NCBI GenBank assembly: GCA_945890205.1
Contig: CAMDCL010000003.1
Coordinates: forward strand, 3,523 to 67,522
Source of the DNA: Bifidobacterium breve
GTDB lineage: Bacteria; Actinomycetota; Actinomycetes; Nanopelagicales; Nanopelagicaceae
Direction of reading: 5' to 3'
Length of the DNA: 64,000 nt
Positions within the stretch are counted from its first letter, which is position 1, and each line of letters opens with the position of its first letter. The position numbers and the translations under genes are program-made. Of the stretch, positions 39,982 through 52,734 are shown one piece after another. Below the pieces are notes generated by a model, which did no database searches, was not told the DNA's origin, and worked only from the letters and a program-made list of their open reading frames with translations.

Positions 39982-42330
39982 GTGAGTACTGAAGTGTCAG
40001 AGATGATTACCGTTGTAATTGATGGCTTCGAGGTAAGTGTTCCAAAGGGAACCCTTGTTATTCGTGCTGCAGAACAACTTGGCATTCAGATTCCACGTTT
40101 TTGCGATCACCCATTACTGGATCCAGTTGGTGCATGTCGTCAGTGTTTGGTTGATATTGAAATCAATGGTCGCGCATTTCCAAAGCCACAGGCATCCTGC
40201 ACAATTCCGGTAGAGACAGGGATGATCGTCAAGACCCAATTAACCTCACCCGTCGCTGATAAAGCACAACGCGGCGTCATGGAGCTTTTGCTTGTAAACC
40301 ACCCACTTGATTGCCCTGTCTGTGACAAGGGTGGCGAGTGCCCACTGCAAAACCAGGCGATGAGCAATGGTCAGGGCTCTTCACGTTTTGAGGGTGTTAA
40401 GCGCACATTTGAAAAGCCAATCAATATTTCATCACAAGTACTGCTAGATCGTGAACGTTGTGTTTTATGTGCCCGTTGTACACGTTTTTCTGAACAAATT
40501 GCTAGTGATCCATTTATTACCTTGAATGAGCGCGGAGCGTTACAACAGGTTGGTATCTACGAGAACAAACCATTTGAATCATACTTTTCTGGAAACACAG
40601 TTCAGATCTGTCCAGTAGGTGCACTTACTGGCGCTGCATACCGATTCCGTGCACGCCCATTTGATTTAGTTTCAACTCCATCTGCATGTGAGCACTGTGC
40701 ATCTGGTTGCGATATGCGCACAGATGTTCGTCGCGGAAAGACTTTGCGCCGTTTAGCAGGAGAAGATGCATCGGTTAATGAGGAGTGGAACTGCGATAAG
40801 GGTCGCTGGGCATTTAAGTATGTGACAGCGGTAGATCGCCTCAAGGTTCCAATGATCCGTAACGACTCAGGTGAACTTGTAGAAGCATCATGGCCAGAAG
40901 CGTTAGCGGTTGCTGCAGCAGGACTTAAATCTGCAAAGGCTGCGGTTCTTGTTGGTGGTCGTGCAACTCATGAAGATGCATATGGTTACAGCAAGTTTGC
41001 ACGTGTTGTTCTTGGTACAAATGATATTGATTTCCGTTCACGTATCTCATCAGATGAAGAGCGCCAATTCATTGCAGCACGTGTAGTTGGATCATCTACC
41101 ACCTACCGAGATATTGATAAGGCTGATCAAGTTCTATTAGTCGGCTTTGAGCCAGAGGAAGAGTCCCCAATTGTCTTCCTTCGTATCAATAAGCAGTACC
41201 GCAAGCGGGCTTTGAAGGTTGTTTCAATCGGTTCAAAGGAATCCATTGCGGTAGATAAGTTAAAGGCTGAGTTTGTAAAGGTTGCTCCGGGACAAGAGGC
41301 TGCGGCAATTGCTGCGCAGAAGTTGACTGATAAGTCGGTCATTCTTGTTGGAGAGCGCGCAGCTGAGAGCGCAGGCGCACTATCGGCGGTTGCAGCTCTT
41401 GCTGATTCAACTGGTGCAAAGCTTGCTTGGATCCCACGTCGTGCAGGTGAACGTGGTGCGATCGAAGCTGGTGCAATTGGAAATCTTCTGCCTGGCGGTC
41501 GTCCCGTCACTGATGCAGCAGCACGTGTAGATATTGCAGCGGCCTGGGGTACAGATTCAATTCCAGCTGAAGTTGGTCGCTCAACCTCACAGATTATTGA
41601 TGCGGTTAATGCAGGACAGATCGGTGCGCTACTCGTTGGTGGAGTAGATCCACTAGATGGTGACAATAACCAGGCGGCCTTATCTGCTCTTGATAAAGCA
41701 TTTGTCCTTTCACTTGAAATCGCACCAAGTGCGGTAACGGCTAGAGCAAATGTGGTTCTTCCGGTTGCAGCTGTGACTGAAAAATCTGGATCATATTTAA
41801 ACTGGGAGGGTCGTGCTCGCTCATTTGATGCAGCGGTCGCCGATTCATTAAATCGCAGTGATCTAAGAATTCTTTCAATGATCGCAGAAGAGATGGGAAT
41901 TTCTCTCAACCTCGGAACAGTAACTGCAGCAGCTAAGGAGATTGCAGCTCTTGGCACTTGGGATGGTGCACGCGCAACATTCAATTCAGTTTCTGCGCGA
42001 CCACAACCATCACTTAATAGCGATCAAGCCTTGATTACATCCTGGCGTCGCTTGTTGGATCTTGGAACCTTGCAAGAGGGTGAAGAACACCTTGCTGGCA
42101 CCGCTCGCAGAACCGTTGCCGTTATTTCTCCAAAGCGTGCTGAAGCAATGGGCGTTGTTGATGGAGATCAGCTCAAGATTTCAACTAGCCAAGGCTCTGT
42201 AACCCTTTCAGCCTTGGTTGAAAATATTCATGATGATGCGGTGTGGGCACCACGTAACTCACGAGGTTCTCAATTGTTGGTAAACCTAGGCGTCGCACAT
42301 GGCGCAGTAGTTACGGTGGTGAAGGCATGA
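39982..42330 (+). CDS. nuoG: NADH-quinone oxidoreductase subunit G
   Basis: [32 protein letters not shown]. Confidence 0.96.
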   Translation: MSTEVSEMITVVIDGFEVSVPKGTLVIRAAEQLGIQIPRFCDHPLLDPVGACRQCLVDIEINGRAFPKPQASCTIPVETGMIVKTQLTSPVADKAQRGVMELLLVNHPLDCPVCDKGGECPLQNQAMSNGQGSSRFEGVKRTFEKPINISSQVLLDRERCVLCARCTRFSEQIASDPFITLNERGALQQVGIYENKPFESYFSGNTVQICPVGALTGAAYRFRARPFDLVSTPSACEHCASGCDMRTDVRRGKTLRRLAGEDASVNEEWNCDKGRWAFKYVTAVDRLKVPMIRNDSGELVEASWPEALAVAAAGLKSAKAAVLVGGRATHEDAYGYSKFARVVLGTNDIDFRSRISSDEERQFIAARVVGSSTTYRDIDKADQVLLVGFEPEEESPIVFLRINKQYRKRALKVVSIGSKESIAVDKLKAEFVKVAPGQEAAAIAAQKLTDKSVILVGERAAESAGALSAVAALADSTGAKLAWIPRRAGERGAIEAGAIGNLLPGGRPVTDAAARVDIAAAWGTDSIPAEVGRSTSQIIDAVNAGQIGALLVGGVDPLDGDNNQAALSALDKAFVLSLEIAPSAVTARANVVLPVAAVTEKSGSYLNWEGRARSFDAAVADSLNRSDLRILSMIAEEMGISLNLGTVTAAAKEIAALGTWDGARATFNSVSARPQPSLNSDQALITSWRRLLDLGTLQEGEEHLAGTARRTVAVISPKRAEAMGVVDGDQLKISTSQGSVTLSALVENIHDDAVWAPRNSRGSQLLVNLGVAHGAVVTVVKA

Positions 42331-43577
42331 CAAATGCAGAGCTAATTGCAACAGATCCAGGCTGGTTAATCACAGTGAAGGCGTTTCTTGTCTTTGGAAT
42401 CTGCGTACTACTGACATTGATGGCGGTGTGGGGAGAGCGACGCTTAGTAGCTCGCATGCAACAACGCCCAGGACCAAACCGTGTAGGACCATTTGGTTTG
42501 ATTCAATCCCTTGCAGATGGTGTGAAACTTGCCCTGAAAGAGGACATTATTCCTACCGCTGCAGACAAGGTAGTTTTTATCTTGGCGCCAATTATCAGCG
42601 CCACTACAGCCTTCATGGCATTTGCAGTAATTCCAATTACAGGTCAAGTAAATTTGTTTGGAAAACAAACTGCAATGCAGTTAACTGATTTATCAGTGGG
42701 AGTTCTTTACATTCTTGCAGTTGCATCAGTTGGTGTTTACGGAATTGTTTTGGCTGGTTGGTCCTCTGGATCTACATATCCATTGCTTGGTGGTTTGCGA
42801 TCAAGCGCACAAGTTATTTCATATGAAATTGCGATGGGACTTTCTCTTGTTGCTGTCTTTATCTACGCAGGTTCAATGTCCACATCAGAGATCGTTGCCG
42901 CTCAATCTTCCTGGTGGTTTGCTGTAGTTCTCTTCCCATCATTTGCAATCTATGCAATCTCAATGGTTGGCGAAACTAACCGTGCACCTTTTGATCTTGC
43001 AGAGGCGGAAGGTGAGTTAGTTGGTGGCTTCCACACCGAGTACTCATCACTCAAGTTTGCACTCTTCTTCCTCGCCGAATACATCAACATTGTTGCTGTA
43101 TCAGCACTTGCTACCACCTTATTTTTGGGTGGCTATAAAGCACCTCCAGGGCTCGGCTTTACCGAAGCTTGGCTAGGCGGATGGTTTACCGCGGTCTGGT
43201 TCTTCGCCAAGGTAATTACCTTCTTCTTTATATTTGTGTGGCTTCGCGGAACACTTCCAAGACTTCGCTACGACCAGTTCATGCAGTTTGGCTGGAAGGT
43301 CTTGATCCCAGTTTCAATCCTTTGGATCTTGGTTGTTGCAACATTGCGCGTTCTCTCACTACAAGGAGCTCCACGTTCAGTGGTAATCGCCTTTGCAAGT
43401 ACGGTGGTATTGCTCATCATGGCGGTCAATGTTGGATTTGAAAGTTCAAAGAAGAAAAGGGAAGCAGCTGTTGCCGATGGTGACAATAAAGATGCTCCTT
43501 CATTTGCAGTTCCTTCATTACCTATGGAGGTTTCAACTATTAATGTCTCAAAAAACACAGGAGGCGACCGTGGCTGA
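42327..43577 (+). CDS. nuoH: NADH-quinone oxidoreductase subunit H
   Basis: [36 protein letters not shown]. Confidence 0.96.
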   Translation: MTNAELIATDPGWLITVKAFLVFGICVLLTLMAVWGERRLVARMQQRPGPNRVGPFGLIQSLADGVKLALKEDIIPTAADKVVFILAPIISATTAFMAFAVIPITGQVNLFGKQTAMQLTDLSVGVLYILAVASVGVYGIVLAGWSSGSTYPLLGGLRSSAQVISYEIAMGLSLVAVFIYAGSMSTSEIVAAQSSWWFAVVLFPSFAIYAISMVGETNRAPFDLAEAEGELVGGFHTEYSSLKFALFFLAEYINIVAVSALATTLFLGGYKAPPGLGFTEAWLGGWFTAVWFFAKVITFFFIFVWLRGTLPRLRYDQFMQFGWKVLIPVSILWILVVATLRVLSLQGAPRSVVIAFASTVVLLIMAVNVGFESSKKKREAAVADGDNKDAPSFAVPSLPMEVSTINVSKNTGGDRG

Positions 43578-44190
43578 AAACCTCGAACCGTTAAAGCCAA
43601 AGGATCTTGGTATTAACGATGTTGAATTTTATGAAGTAGAACAAACCCCATCTGTTGGTTTCTTTGGTGCCATGAAGGGGTTTTGGGTTACCTTCTCAAC
43701 CATCTTCAAGAAGCCATTGACCATTGAGTATCCAGAGGTAAAGGCACCGACTGAAGAGCGTTTCCATGGTCGCCACCAACTCAATCGCCACCCAGATGGA
43801 TTAGAAAAGTGCATCGGGTGCGAGCTATGTGCATGGGCATGTCCAGCAGATGCAATTTATGTTGAAGGTGAGAGCAACACTGAAGAAAATCGTATGTCTC
43901 CGGGTGAGCGCTACGGCAAGGTTTATCAAATTAACTATCTACGCTGCGTCTTCTGCGGATTATGTATCGAAGCCTGCCCAACTCGCGCATTAACAATGAC
44001 AAATGAGTATGAGCTTGCAGATGATTCACGCGCAAAGTTGATCTTTGAGAAGCAGGATTTACTGGCACCACTGCGCCAAGGAATGCTTATGCCCCCACAT
44101 CCAATGTATCCAGATATGACAGATACCAACTATTACAACGGTGATGTGAAGGGTGCGCACCCATCACAGGCAACGGATGGCCAGCCATGA
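43570..44190 (+). CDS. nuoI: NADH-quinone oxidoreductase subunit I
   Basis: Two CxxCxxCxxxCP motifs; GTG start after RBS AGGAGG. Confidence 0.95.
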   Translation: MAENLEPLKPKDLGINDVEFYEVEQTPSVGFFGAMKGFWVTFSTIFKKPLTIEYPEVKAPTEERFHGRHQLNRHPDGLEKCIGCELCAWACPADAIYVEGESNTEENRMSPGERYGKVYQINYLRCVFCGLCIEACPTRALTMTNEYELADDSRAKLIFEKQDLLAPLRQGMLMPPHPMYPDMTDTNYYNGDVKGAHPSQATDGQP

Positions 44191-44978
44191 TGCAGTTAGC
44201 ACTAGAGGTTGGCCAGACAGCACAACCTGAAGCGATTATGTTTTGGATCCTTGGCCCAATGGCTGTTGCTGCAGCACTTGGAATGTTGCTGGTTAAGAAA
44301 GCGGTTCACTCAGCGATCTTGATGGCATTTGTAATGATTGTTTTAGCGATCTTTTACATCGCTCAAGATGCGGTATTCCTTGGAATTGTCCAAATAGTTG
44401 TATACACCGGCGCAGTCATGATGCTCTTCCTCTTTATCTTGATGTTAGTTGGTGTTGATTCATCAGATTCGTTAACAGAGACAATCCCAGGACTTCGTCC
44501 TATCGCAATTACAGCTGCGATTGGATTTGGTGGATTAATGGTTTCACTCTTGGGAAGAGCAACCTTAGGGCGAGATGCAATTGGATTAGCAGCGGCAAAT
44601 GCAGATGGCAATGTTGAAGGAATTGCGATGCTGCTCTTCTCAACATATGTATTTCCCTTTGAAGTTGTATCTGCCTTACTAATCACCGCAGCAATGGGTG
44701 CGATGGTTCTTGCACACCAACACCGCACAACCGCTCGTCCAACACAGCGCCAACTTTCAATTAATCGTTTCCGTGGTGCATCACTAGGTACTGCAGCAGG
44801 ACTTCCAGGTCCAGGTGTTTATGCACGCCACAATGCGGTAGATGTTCCAGCACTTCTTCCAGATGGCACACCAGCCCCGACATCAGTTAACGCAAGCCTT
44901 GAAGCCCGCGGAGATATGTTGGATTACAAGAGCTTTGACCTTGCTGAGGTAAATACTCAGATCGAGGAGGAGAAGTAA
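44187..44978 (+). CDS. nuoJ: NADH-quinone oxidoreductase subunit J
   Basis: [18 protein letters not shown]. Confidence 0.94.
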   Translation: MMQLALEVGQTAQPEAIMFWILGPMAVAAALGMLLVKKAVHSAILMAFVMIVLAIFYIAQDAVFLGIVQIVVYTGAVMMLFLFILMLVGVDSSDSLTETIPGLRPIAITAAIGFGGLMVSLLGRATLGRDAIGLAAANADGNVEGIAMLLFSTYVFPFEVVSALLITAAMGAMVLAHQHRTTARPTQRQLSINRFRGASLGTAAGLPGPGVYARHNAVDVPALLPDGTPAPTSVNASLEARGDMLDYKSFDLAEVNTQIEEEK

Positions 44979-45277
44979 TGGACGCCTCCAATTACCTTTA
45001 TATCTCCGCACTTCTCTTCACAATTGGTGCAGTAGGTGTTGTGGTTCGTCGTAATGCGATCGTCGTTTTCATGTGTATCGAGCTTATGCTCAACGCTGCA
45101 AACCTTTCACTAGTGACCTTCTCTCGTATCAACGGAGATCTAGATGGCCAAGTAATGGCCTTCTTTACGATGGTTGTTGCCGCGTGTGAAGTTGTAGTTG
45201 GCCTAGCAATTATCGTGGCGATCTATCGTTCACGTCGATCAGCATCTGTTGATGATGCTAGTTTGTTGAAGAGATAA
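44978..45277 (+). CDS. nuoK: NADH-quinone oxidoreductase subunit K
   Basis: [15 protein letters not shown]. Confidence 0.95.
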   Translation: MDASNYLYISALLFTIGAVGVVVRRNAIVVFMCIELMLNAANLSLVTFSRINGDLDGQVMAFFTMVVAACEVVVGLAIIVAIYRSRRSASVDDASLLKR

Positions 45278-45279
45278 GT

Positions 45280-47172
45280 ATGTTTATTTCAAATACCTTG
45301 GTCTACTTGATAGCACTTCCATTGGCAGGTGCAGCAATTCTTCTTCTGGGAGGACGTCGAACAAATAAGTGGGGACACCTACTTGCAACTGCGATGTCAG
45401 CTTCATCATTTGGTGTTGGTTTATACCAATTGATGTTGATGCTGGACCGTCCAACAGAGCAGCGTCCTGCCTCACAAAAACTATTTGAGTGGATCCACGT
45501 CGGTGAGTTTAAGGTTGATGCTGGTTTGCTATTGGATCAACTTTCAATCTGTTTCGTTCTTCTCATCACCGGCGTTGGAACATTAATTCACATTTATTCA
45601 ATCTCTTATATGTCTCATGACAAGGATCGCCGCCGCTTCTTTGCATATCTAAACCTCTTCATCGCATCGATGTTGTTGTTGGTTCTTGGCGATAGTTACC
45701 TCAACCTTTACGTTGGTTGGGAAGGCGTGGGTCTTGCCTCATACCTACTTATTGGTTTCTGGAATCAAAAGCCTGCCTATGCAACAGCCTCAAAGAAAGC
45801 TTTTGTAATGAACCGCGTTGGTGATATGGGATTGTCCTTTGCAATCATGATCGCCTTTGCAACCATGGGAACGGTTTCCTTTGTTGGCGTGCAAGAGCAG
45901 GTAAGTCAGACCTCAGAGGCGGCGCTAACTGCAATAGGACTAATGCTCCTAGTTGCAGCAGCTGGAAAATCAGCCCAATTCCCACTGCAGGCATGGCTGG
46001 GTGATGCGATGGCTGGTCCAACACCGGTTTCAGCGCTAATTCACGCGGCAACAATGGTTACCGCAGGCGTTTACTTGATTACTCGCTCTAACTTTGTATT
46101 TGATGCAGCACCGACGGCACAGCTTGTAGTTGTGATTGTTGGTGCAATTACTCTGATGTTTGGTGCCTTGATCGGTACCGCTAAAGATGACATTAAGAAA
46201 GCGCTTGCAGCCTCAACCATGTCACAGATTGGTTACATGACCTTGGCTGCTGGATTAGGTCCTGTTGGATATGCATTTGCAATCATGCATTTGCTGACAC
46301 ATGGATTCTTTAAGGCCGGAATGTTCTTAGGTGCCGGTTCTGTGATGCATGGAATGAATGATGAAGTGAATATGCGCAAGTACGGTGCGCTTCGAAAGTT
46401 TATGCCAATTACATTTGTAACCTTTGGGCTTGGTTATCTTGCCATTTTGGGTATTCCACCATTTGCAGGTTTCTATTCAAAGGATTTGATTATTGAAACC
46501 GCCTTTGATGCTGGTGGTGCTAAGGGAATCATTCTTGGAATTACAACTTTGATTGGTGCATCAATTACAGCTTTTTATATGACTCGCGTAATGATTCTTA
46601 CATTTACCGGAACAAAGCGTTGGGATGAGGATGCTCATCCACATGAATCGCCATGGTTGATGTGGTTGCCAATGGCGATCCTTGCAATCGGATCAGTCTC
46701 ATCTGGTTACTTGTTATCACGTGGTGATGCTCTAGAGAATTGGTTATACCCACTGTTTGATCACAGCGATGAGTATCAAAAGCATTTAATTGAACCAATT
46801 ATTGTCTCCGGAATGGCGTTAACCATGGTGGCAATCGGTGTTGCCGTTGCTTACTTCAAGTATGCGCGCCAAGAGGTTTCCTCAACCGCCCCAGAAGATG
46901 TTTCAATCTTTACAAAGGTCGCTCGTCAAGATCTGATGCAGGATCGATTTAATGAAGCGGTCTTTATGCGTCCAGGTCAGGCGTTAACAACAACCTTGAT
47001 CGCAGCTGATCAGGCTGTTGTAGATGGAGCGGTTCGCGGAGTTGGGCAGGTAGCGTTGAGCTCAGGTTCTGCGCTACGAGGCCTACAAAATGGCTATGTT
47101 CGAAGCTATGCAGCAATAATTTTGGTGGGCGCAATTGCGTTAATCGCCGCTATTTGGGTGGTGGTTTCATAA
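45280..47172 (+). CDS. nuoL: NADH-quinone oxidoreductase subunit L
   Basis: [33 protein letters not shown]. Confidence 0.96.
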   Translation: MFISNTLVYLIALPLAGAAILLLGGRRTNKWGHLLATAMSASSFGVGLYQLMLMLDRPTEQRPASQKLFEWIHVGEFKVDAGLLLDQLSICFVLLITGVGTLIHIYSISYMSHDKDRRRFFAYLNLFIASMLLLVLGDSYLNLYVGWEGVGLASYLLIGFWNQKPAYATASKKAFVMNRVGDMGLSFAIMIAFATMGTVSFVGVQEQVSQTSEAALTAIGLMLLVAAAGKSAQFPLQAWLGDAMAGPTPVSALIHAATMVTAGVYLITRSNFVFDAAPTAQLVVVIVGAITLMFGALIGTAKDDIKKALAASTMSQIGYMTLAAGLGPVGYAFAIMHLLTHGFFKAGMFLGAGSVMHGMNDEVNMRKYGALRKFMPITFVTFGLGYLAILGIPPFAGFYSKDLIIETAFDAGGAKGIILGITTLIGASITAFYMTRVMILTFTGTKRWDEDAHPHESPWLMWLPMAILAIGSVSSGYLLSRGDALENWLYPLFDHSDEYQKHLIEPIIVSGMALTMVAIGVAVAYFKYARQEVSSTAPEDVSIFTKVARQDLMQDRFNEAVFMRPGQALTTTLIAADQAVVDGAVRGVGQVALSSGSALRGLQNGYVRSYAAIILVGAIALIAAIWVVVS

Positions 47173-48680
47173 TGAAGTGGTTATCGCTACTAATGCTGCT
47201 TCCTTTGGCTGGTGCTGCAATTGTCTCCGCCCTTCCAAAGGGCAATGACAAGGCTGCAAAGCAGGCCGCCCTTGGTACAACACTTGTTGTAATGGTGGCA
47301 ACAATCGCAATGGCGGTTGGTTTCCAGCGTGACAATGTAGATCTGCAATACGTTGAAAGTTACGCCTGGATACCAAGCTTTGGAATTAACTTTGCTTTAG
47401 GTGTGGATGCTATTGCCCTTGTCTTAATTTTGATGTCAACAATCCTTGCACCAATTGTTGTGCTTGCAGGTTGGAATGAGGCACATGGTGGTCGTTGGAG
47501 TGTAAAGACCTTCTACATCCTGATCCTTGTCTTAGAGACAATGATGATCGGTGTATTTGCCGCTACAGATCTCTTCCTGTTCTATGTCATCTTTGAAGCG
47601 ATGTTGATTCCGGTGTACTTCCTAATTGGTGGATACGGATCAGGGGAGCGTTCGGCGGCAGCTGTTAAGTTCTTGTTGTACTCATTATTTGGTGGATTGT
47701 TAATGCTTGCAGCGATCATTGCGCTGTATGTAATGTCAGGTGCTCAAGGTGGACATACCTTCGATATCGACAAGCTTTCACAACTTCAAATGAGTTCAAC
47801 AACTCAAAACCTTTTGTTCCTTGGCTTCTTTATCGCCTTTGCGATCAAAGCTCCGGTTTGGCCATTCCATACCTGGTTGCCAGATGCAGCAAACTCTGCG
47901 ACTCCAGGAACATCAGTTCTCTTACTTGGTGTTCTGGACAAGGTCGGTACCTTCGGAATGATCCGTTACTGCCTCACCTTGTTCCCAGATGCAAGTAAGA
48001 CCTTTACACCTTTGATTATGGTCTTAGCTGTTATCTCCATTCTTTATGGTGCATTCCTTGCAATCGGTGCAAAGGATATTAAACGTTTAATCGCATACAC
48101 ATCTATCTCTCACTTTGGTTTTATCACGATGGGTATCTTTGCGATGACAAGCCAGGCTCAAAGCGGTGCGATTTTGTACATGTTTAACCATGGATTCTCT
48201 ACAGCGGCGTTATTCCTAGTCGCCGGCTGGATGATTTCACGCCGTGGATCATCAACAATTGCAGATTTTGGTGGCTTGCAAAGAATCACACCAATAATGG
48301 CGTGGAGCTTCTTCATTGCAGGTTTGTCATCACTGGCGCTGCCAGGGTTATCGAGCTTTGTGAGCGAGTTCTTAGTTCTAGTTGGAACATTTACTCGCTA
48401 CCCAGTTCACGCGATTATTGCAACCTTCGGAATTGTTTTAGCTGCTCTCTACATTTTGATTCCGGTTCAAAAGGCGCTGCATGGTCCTACAACTCCGGGG
48501 AATGAGAGTCTTAAGGATCTTAACCTTCGCGAGAAGTTAGCGATTGCACCAGTTATTGCAATCATCGTTGCCTTGGGCTTCTACCCATCACCTTTGTTGA
48601 AGGTAATCAATCCAGCCGCTACACATGTGATCTCGCAAATGGGCTTCACTGATCCTGCGCCAAGCAATGGGGGCAAATAA
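47172..48680 (+). CDS. nuoM: NADH-quinone oxidoreductase subunit M
   Basis: PFHTWLP, KRLIAYTSISH, LALPG..FVSE; start moved to 47172. Confidence 0.95.
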   Translation: MKWLSLLMLLPLAGAAIVSALPKGNDKAAKQAALGTTLVVMVATIAMAVGFQRDNVDLQYVESYAWIPSFGINFALGVDAIALVLILMSTILAPIVVLAGWNEAHGGRWSVKTFYILILVLETMMIGVFAATDLFLFYVIFEAMLIPVYFLIGGYGSGERSAAAVKFLLYSLFGGLLMLAAIIALYVMSGAQGGHTFDIDKLSQLQMSSTTQNLLFLGFFIAFAIKAPVWPFHTWLPDAANSATPGTSVLLLGVLDKVGTFGMIRYCLTLFPDASKTFTPLIMVLAVISILYGAFLAIGAKDIKRLIAYTSISHFGFITMGIFAMTSQAQSGAILYMFNHGFSTAALFLVAGWMISRRGSSTIADFGGLQRITPIMAWSFFIAGLSSLALPGLSSFVSEFLVLVGTFTRYPVHAIIATFGIVLAALYILIPVQKALHGPTTPGNESLKDLNLREKLAIAPVIAIIVALGFYPSPLLKVINPAATHVISQMGFTDPAPSNGGK

Positions 48681-50197
48681 TGACTTTTACATCACCAGTT
48701 CTTTCATACGCACTGCTGTCACCTGTTTTAATCCTGCTTGGTGGAGCATTGATCGGCGTTCTCGTAGAAGCATTTGTCTCTAAAGCGCTGCGTCCAGTTG
48801 TTCAATTAACTCTCTCACTTGGAACTCTGATGCTAGCTCTTATGCAGGTGTGGAGAATTCGTGGTGAGGAGTCTTTAACTCCTGCAATGGGCTCATTGGT
48901 AATTGATGGTCCAGCAGTTCTTATCCAAGGATCAATCCTGATCATTGCAATAATTTCAATTTTCTTGATCGCAGATACCGAACACTTCACCCCACTTCCG
49001 GCAGCTCTTCCAGGTTCTGCTGAAGAACGTGAAGCAGAACAAGCAGGTAATCAGGTGACCGAGGTCTACCCACTTACCTTGTTTGCAGTTTCCGGAATGA
49101 TGATCTTCCCAATCGCAACTGATTTGATCATGCTCTTTGTTGCACTCGAAGTACTGTCATTACCGTTGTACTTGATGGCAGGACTCTCACGTCGCCGTCG
49201 CCTGGCATCACAAGAGTCAGCGCTTAAGTACTTCCTTCTCGGCTCATTTGCCTCAGCCTTTTTCCTCTTTGGAGCGGCATATTTATATGGTTTCTCAGGC
49301 TCAATTACCTTCTCAGGTATTCAGGCAGCGGTAGTCGGTGGCACCGGAAATGATGTTCTTCTTCTCATCGGAATGTCATTCCTGTCTATCGGCCTACTCT
49401 TCAAGGTTGGCGCAGTTCCATTCCACTCTTGGACACCAGATGTATACCAAGGTGCTCCTACTCCGATTACAGCATTCATGGCAGCAGCAACCAAGGTCGC
49501 AGCATTTGGAGCGATGCTGCGCATTTACTACACAGTCTTTGCAAATGCTGAATGGTCTTGGATCCCAGTTATCTCAGCGATTGCAATTATCAGCATGGTG
49601 CTTGGATCGCTAGTTGCAATTGCTCAACGCGATGTAAAGCGTATGTTGGCTTACTCATCTATTGCACATGCAGGTTTCTTGCTTTCAGGAATTATCGCAC
49701 TTAACAAATCTGGTTTAGATGCAACGATCTTCTACTTGTTTGCCTACGGTATCGCAACCGTTGGTGGCTTTGCCGTTGTAACCCTTGTTCGTGATTCATC
49801 GGGAGAAGTTACAGATCTCAATCGCTGGAAGGGACTTGGCAAGCGCTCACCATTTGCAGCCTCTGCCTTTGCACTCTTCTTATTAGCTTTTGCAGGTATT
49901 CCACTTACAAGCGGATTTATCGGAAAGTTTTCAATCTTCTCTGCAGCCTATGAAAATGGCGCAACAGCGGTTGTCATCACCGGTGTGCTCTCAAGTGCGA
50001 TCGCAGCATTCTTCTACATTCGCGTTATTGTCTTGATGTTCTTTACAGATGCGGTTGAAGATGGAACAGCGGTTGAAGTTCCATCAATTCTGACCCGTGC
50101 AACTGTAGTTATCTCTGCGGTAATCACCTTGGTATTGGGTATCTATCCAGCCCCAGTACTTGATTTCATTACCGACTTAGCTATCTTCATTCGATAA
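48680..50197 (+). CDS. nuoN: NADH-quinone oxidoreductase subunit N
   Basis: ESALKYF, PFHSWTPDVYQG, KRMLAYSSIAH, GIPLTSGF.GK. Confidence 0.95.
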   Translation: MTFTSPVLSYALLSPVLILLGGALIGVLVEAFVSKALRPVVQLTLSLGTLMLALMQVWRIRGEESLTPAMGSLVIDGPAVLIQGSILIIAIISIFLIADTEHFTPLPAALPGSAEEREAEQAGNQVTEVYPLTLFAVSGMMIFPIATDLIMLFVALEVLSLPLYLMAGLSRRRRLASQESALKYFLLGSFASAFFLFGAAYLYGFSGSITFSGIQAAVVGGTGNDVLLLIGMSFLSIGLLFKVGAVPFHSWTPDVYQGAPTPITAFMAAATKVAAFGAMLRIYYTVFANAEWSWIPVISAIAIISMVLGSLVAIAQRDVKRMLAYSSIAHAGFLLSGIIALNKSGLDATIFYLFAYGIATVGGFAVVTLVRDSSGEVTDLNRWKGLGKRSPFAASAFALFLLAFAGIPLTSGFIGKFSIFSAAYENGATAVVITGVLSSAIAAFFYIRVIVLMFFTDAVEDGTAVEVPSILTRATVVISAVITLVLGIYPAPVLDFITDLAIFIR

Positions 50198-51186
50198 TGT
50201 CCACCTTCGGCATTCCCAACGTTGCACCTGAGTTAGAGGCGCAATTAATACACCAAATGGCCGAGGTTGAAGCGCTGCTACGTAGCCACACCCGCAGCGA
50301 GTACCCCTTTGTCGATGAGACCGCCCACCACCTTGTGGCAGCTGGGGGTAAGCGTTTGCGCCCCTTATTAACCCTTTTAACCTCTCATTATGGGGATCCA
50401 ATGCGAGATGGGGTTATCGCGGCTGCGGTTGCTTGCGAGATTACACACCTTGCAACGCTGTATCACGATGATGTTATGGATGAGGCACCACTTCGTCGTG
50501 GAGTTGAAAGCGCCAATATGCGCTGGGGAAACACAATTGCGATCTTGACTGGAGATTTTCTCTTTGCAAAATCCTCAGATCTATTAGCAGATCTTGGACC
50601 TGCAGCTGTTCGCTTACAGGCACGCACCTTTGAACGTTTAGTAATCGGACAGATTATGGAAACTCAGGGACCTAACCCAGGACAAGATCCTTTAGAGCAC
50701 TACCTCAAGGTCGTTGCAGATAAAACTGGTTCATTGATCTCAGCCTCTGCTCGTTATGGCGGAATGATTTCTGGTGCACCTGCTGAAATCACCGACACTG
50801 TAACTATCTTTGGTGAAAAGATTGGTGTTGCGTTCCAATTAGCAGATGATGTTATTGATATCGCTAGCGAATCAAATCAATCTGGAAAGACACCAGGAAC
50901 AGATTTGCGTGAAGGTGTCCCGACCCTTGTAACTTTAAATGTCATGAAATCAAATGATCCAGCAGATGCCGATCTCAAAGAGCTTCTAAGTGCACCGATC
51001 GAAGATGAAGCAACGGTTCAACAGGTTTTAGTTGCACTTCGGAATCACAAAGCTTTAGATGAATCACGTGAGCAGCTCTACATGATCGCTAAAGAGGCTC
51101 GCACCGCATTAGGCCCACTGCCAATCAATGATGCAACAGGTGCATTGATGTCGCTATGCGACGCTATTATTGATCGTTCTGCTTGA
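50197..51186 (+). CDS. Polyprenyl diphosphate synthase (GrcC/HepT-like)
   Basis: GGKRLRP, HDDVMD....RRG, KT, FQLADD. Confidence 0.92.
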   Translation: MSTFGIPNVAPELEAQLIHQMAEVEALLRSHTRSEYPFVDETAHHLVAAGGKRLRPLLTLLTSHYGDPMRDGVIAAAVACEITHLATLYHDDVMDEAPLRRGVESANMRWGNTIAILTGDFLFAKSSDLLADLGPAAVRLQARTFERLVIGQIMETQGPNPGQDPLEHYLKVVADKTGSLISASARYGGMISGAPAEITDTVTIFGEKIGVAFQLADDVIDIASESNQSGKTPGTDLREGVPTLVTLNVMKSNDPADADLKELLSAPIEDEATVQQVLVALRNHKALDESREQLYMIAKEARTALGPLPINDATGALMSLCDAIIDRSA

Positions 51187-52044
51187 TTTAATTAAATCAA
51201 TAGTTAAAGTCACAAGCGCCACCCAAATTATCAAGAAGCCAATCCAACGAGCGGTCGGCATATCCTCATTGAGCACCCAAACACCAATAGAAAATTGAAG
51301 TGTTGGCGTTATGTATTGCAGTAAGCCAATAGTTGTAAATGGAAGTCTGTTTGTTGAACCATTAAAAAGCAGAAGAGGGATAGCGGTTATAGCGCCTGCG
51401 CTCATAAGGAGCAGAGTTAAACCCCAGTCCTGCCCAAACTGGCCAGTTCCTTTATTGCCGATGTAAACCAGATATCCAAGGTAGAAAAAGCTTGAAATAA
51501 AGGTCTCAATCGCAAGGCCCTCTAGCGCTCCAAGACCTAGCTGCTTCTTAACTAATCCGTAGCTTCCCCAAGAAATGGCTAGAGTCAAAGCGATCCATGG
51601 CAAGCGACCGTAATCCAGAGTCAGAATCAGCACACCCATGGATGCGATAGTTACCGCAGCCCATTGTAAGCCGCGCATCTTCTCCTTTAGAAAAATCACA
51701 CCAAAGCCAATAATGATTAGTGGGTTGATGTAATAACCTAAGGATGCTTCAACGACATGTTCATTGTTGGTAGCCCAGATATAAACCAACCAGTTAATTG
51801 AAACCAATAAGGATGAAAGAAATAGCTTTACAGCAACCATGGGACGCTTGAGAGTTTCAAGAGTTGACTTCAACGCCTTGGTCGCAGCTAAAACAATAAA
51901 ACAGAAAACCAATGTCCACACCGCTCGGTGGGAGACAATCTCTAGAGGATTGGCAGGTTCAAGCAGTATCCAATACAAAGGAAATGCGCCCCATAATGAG
52001 TAGGCACTTACTCCAAATAGAAGACCGAGCTTATTTTTACTCAA
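51154..52044 (-). CDS. rarD: EamA family transporter RarD
   Basis: EASLGYYINPL, GLLQYITP. Confidence 0.9.
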   Translation of the reverse strand: MSKNKLGLLFGVSAYSLWGAFPLYWILLEPANPLEIVSHRAVWTLVFCFIVLAATKALKSTLETLKRPMVAVKLFLSSLLVSINWLVYIWATNNEHVVEASLGYYINPLIIIGFGVIFLKEKMRGLQWAAVTIASMGVLILTLDYGRLPWIALTLAISWGSYGLVKKQLGLGALEGLAIETFISSFFYLGYLVYIGNKGTGQFGQDWGLTLLLMSAGAITAIPLLLFNGSTNRLPFTTIGLLQYITPTLQFSIGVWVLNEDMPTARWIGFLIIWVALVTLTIDLIKSSRTINNSVA

Positions 52045-52536
52045 TTATCTAAAGTTCGTGAATTGAACTGCAAAATCCCAGCCACCATCTTTGATCATCG
52101 CCATTGTTTCCTGTAGATCATCACGGCTCTTTGAAGTTACGCGAAGTTCATCGCCTTGAATCTGAGTCTTTACAGATTTTGGACCCTCATCACGGATCTT
52201 CTTTGCAATCTTCTTCGCATTCTCAGTTGAGATGCCTTCCTTCAAAGGAGCAGCGATCTTGTAAATCTTTCCAGACAGCTGAGGAGCACCAGCATCAAGA
52301 TGCTTCAGAGAAACTCCACGCTTGATCATCTTGTCCTTCACAACATCCAAAGCCGCCTTTGCACGCTCTTCAGTATCTGCTTCAATCAAAACCTTGTCAC
52401 CTTCAAGTTCAATCTTTGAACCTGTATTTTTGAAATCAAAGCGGGTCTCGATCTCACGGACCGCCTGGTTAATGGCGTTATCCAGCTCCATACGGTCGAT
52501 CTTGGAGGTGACGTCAAAACTTGCATCTGCTGCCAT
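52045..52536 (-). CDS. yajQ: YajQ family nucleotide-binding protein
   Basis: [25 protein letters not shown]; adjacent to tRNA-Tyr as in many actinobacteria. Confidence 0.93.
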   Translation of the reverse strand: MAADASFDVTSKIDRMELDNAINQAVREIETRFDFKNTGSKIELEGDKVLIEADTEERAKAALDVVKDKMIKRGVSLKHLDAGAPQLSGKIYKIAAPLKEGISTENAKKIAKKIRDEGPKSVKTQIQGDELRVTSKSRDDLQETMAMIKDGGWDFAVQFTNFR

Positions 52537-52640
52537 TTAAGGGCTCCTTCACTTGGAAAAGCGCGGTTTGTACGCGCACCCGCCTAAGGTATCCTTTCCC
52601 TTCGCACTATCCATAATTGCCGCACTACTTGTTCGACCTT

Positions 52641-52725
52641 GGCGGGTTGCCCGAGCGGCCAATGGGAGGGGACTGTAAATCCCCCGGCTCTGCCTTCGAA
52701 GGTTCAAATCCTTCACCCGCCACCA
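52641..52725 (+). tRNA. tRNA-Tyr(GTA)
   Basis: Acceptor GGCGGGT/ACCCGCC + ACCA; anticodon arm GGGGA-CTGTAAA-TCCCC; long variable arm; GGTTCAAATCC T-loop. Confidence 0.97.
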
Positions 52726-52734
52726 GTACTTTTG

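Noticed and set aside
41127-41984. 285-aa antisense ORF inside nuoG
   Set aside because: Ala/Ser-rich shadow of a conserved gene.
43393-43569. N-terminal extension of nuoI
   Set aside because: Overlaps nuoH; AGGAGG precedes GTG 43570.
52603-52628. CGCACTA direct repeat in the tRNA leader
   Set aside because: Only two 7-nt copies; could be chance.
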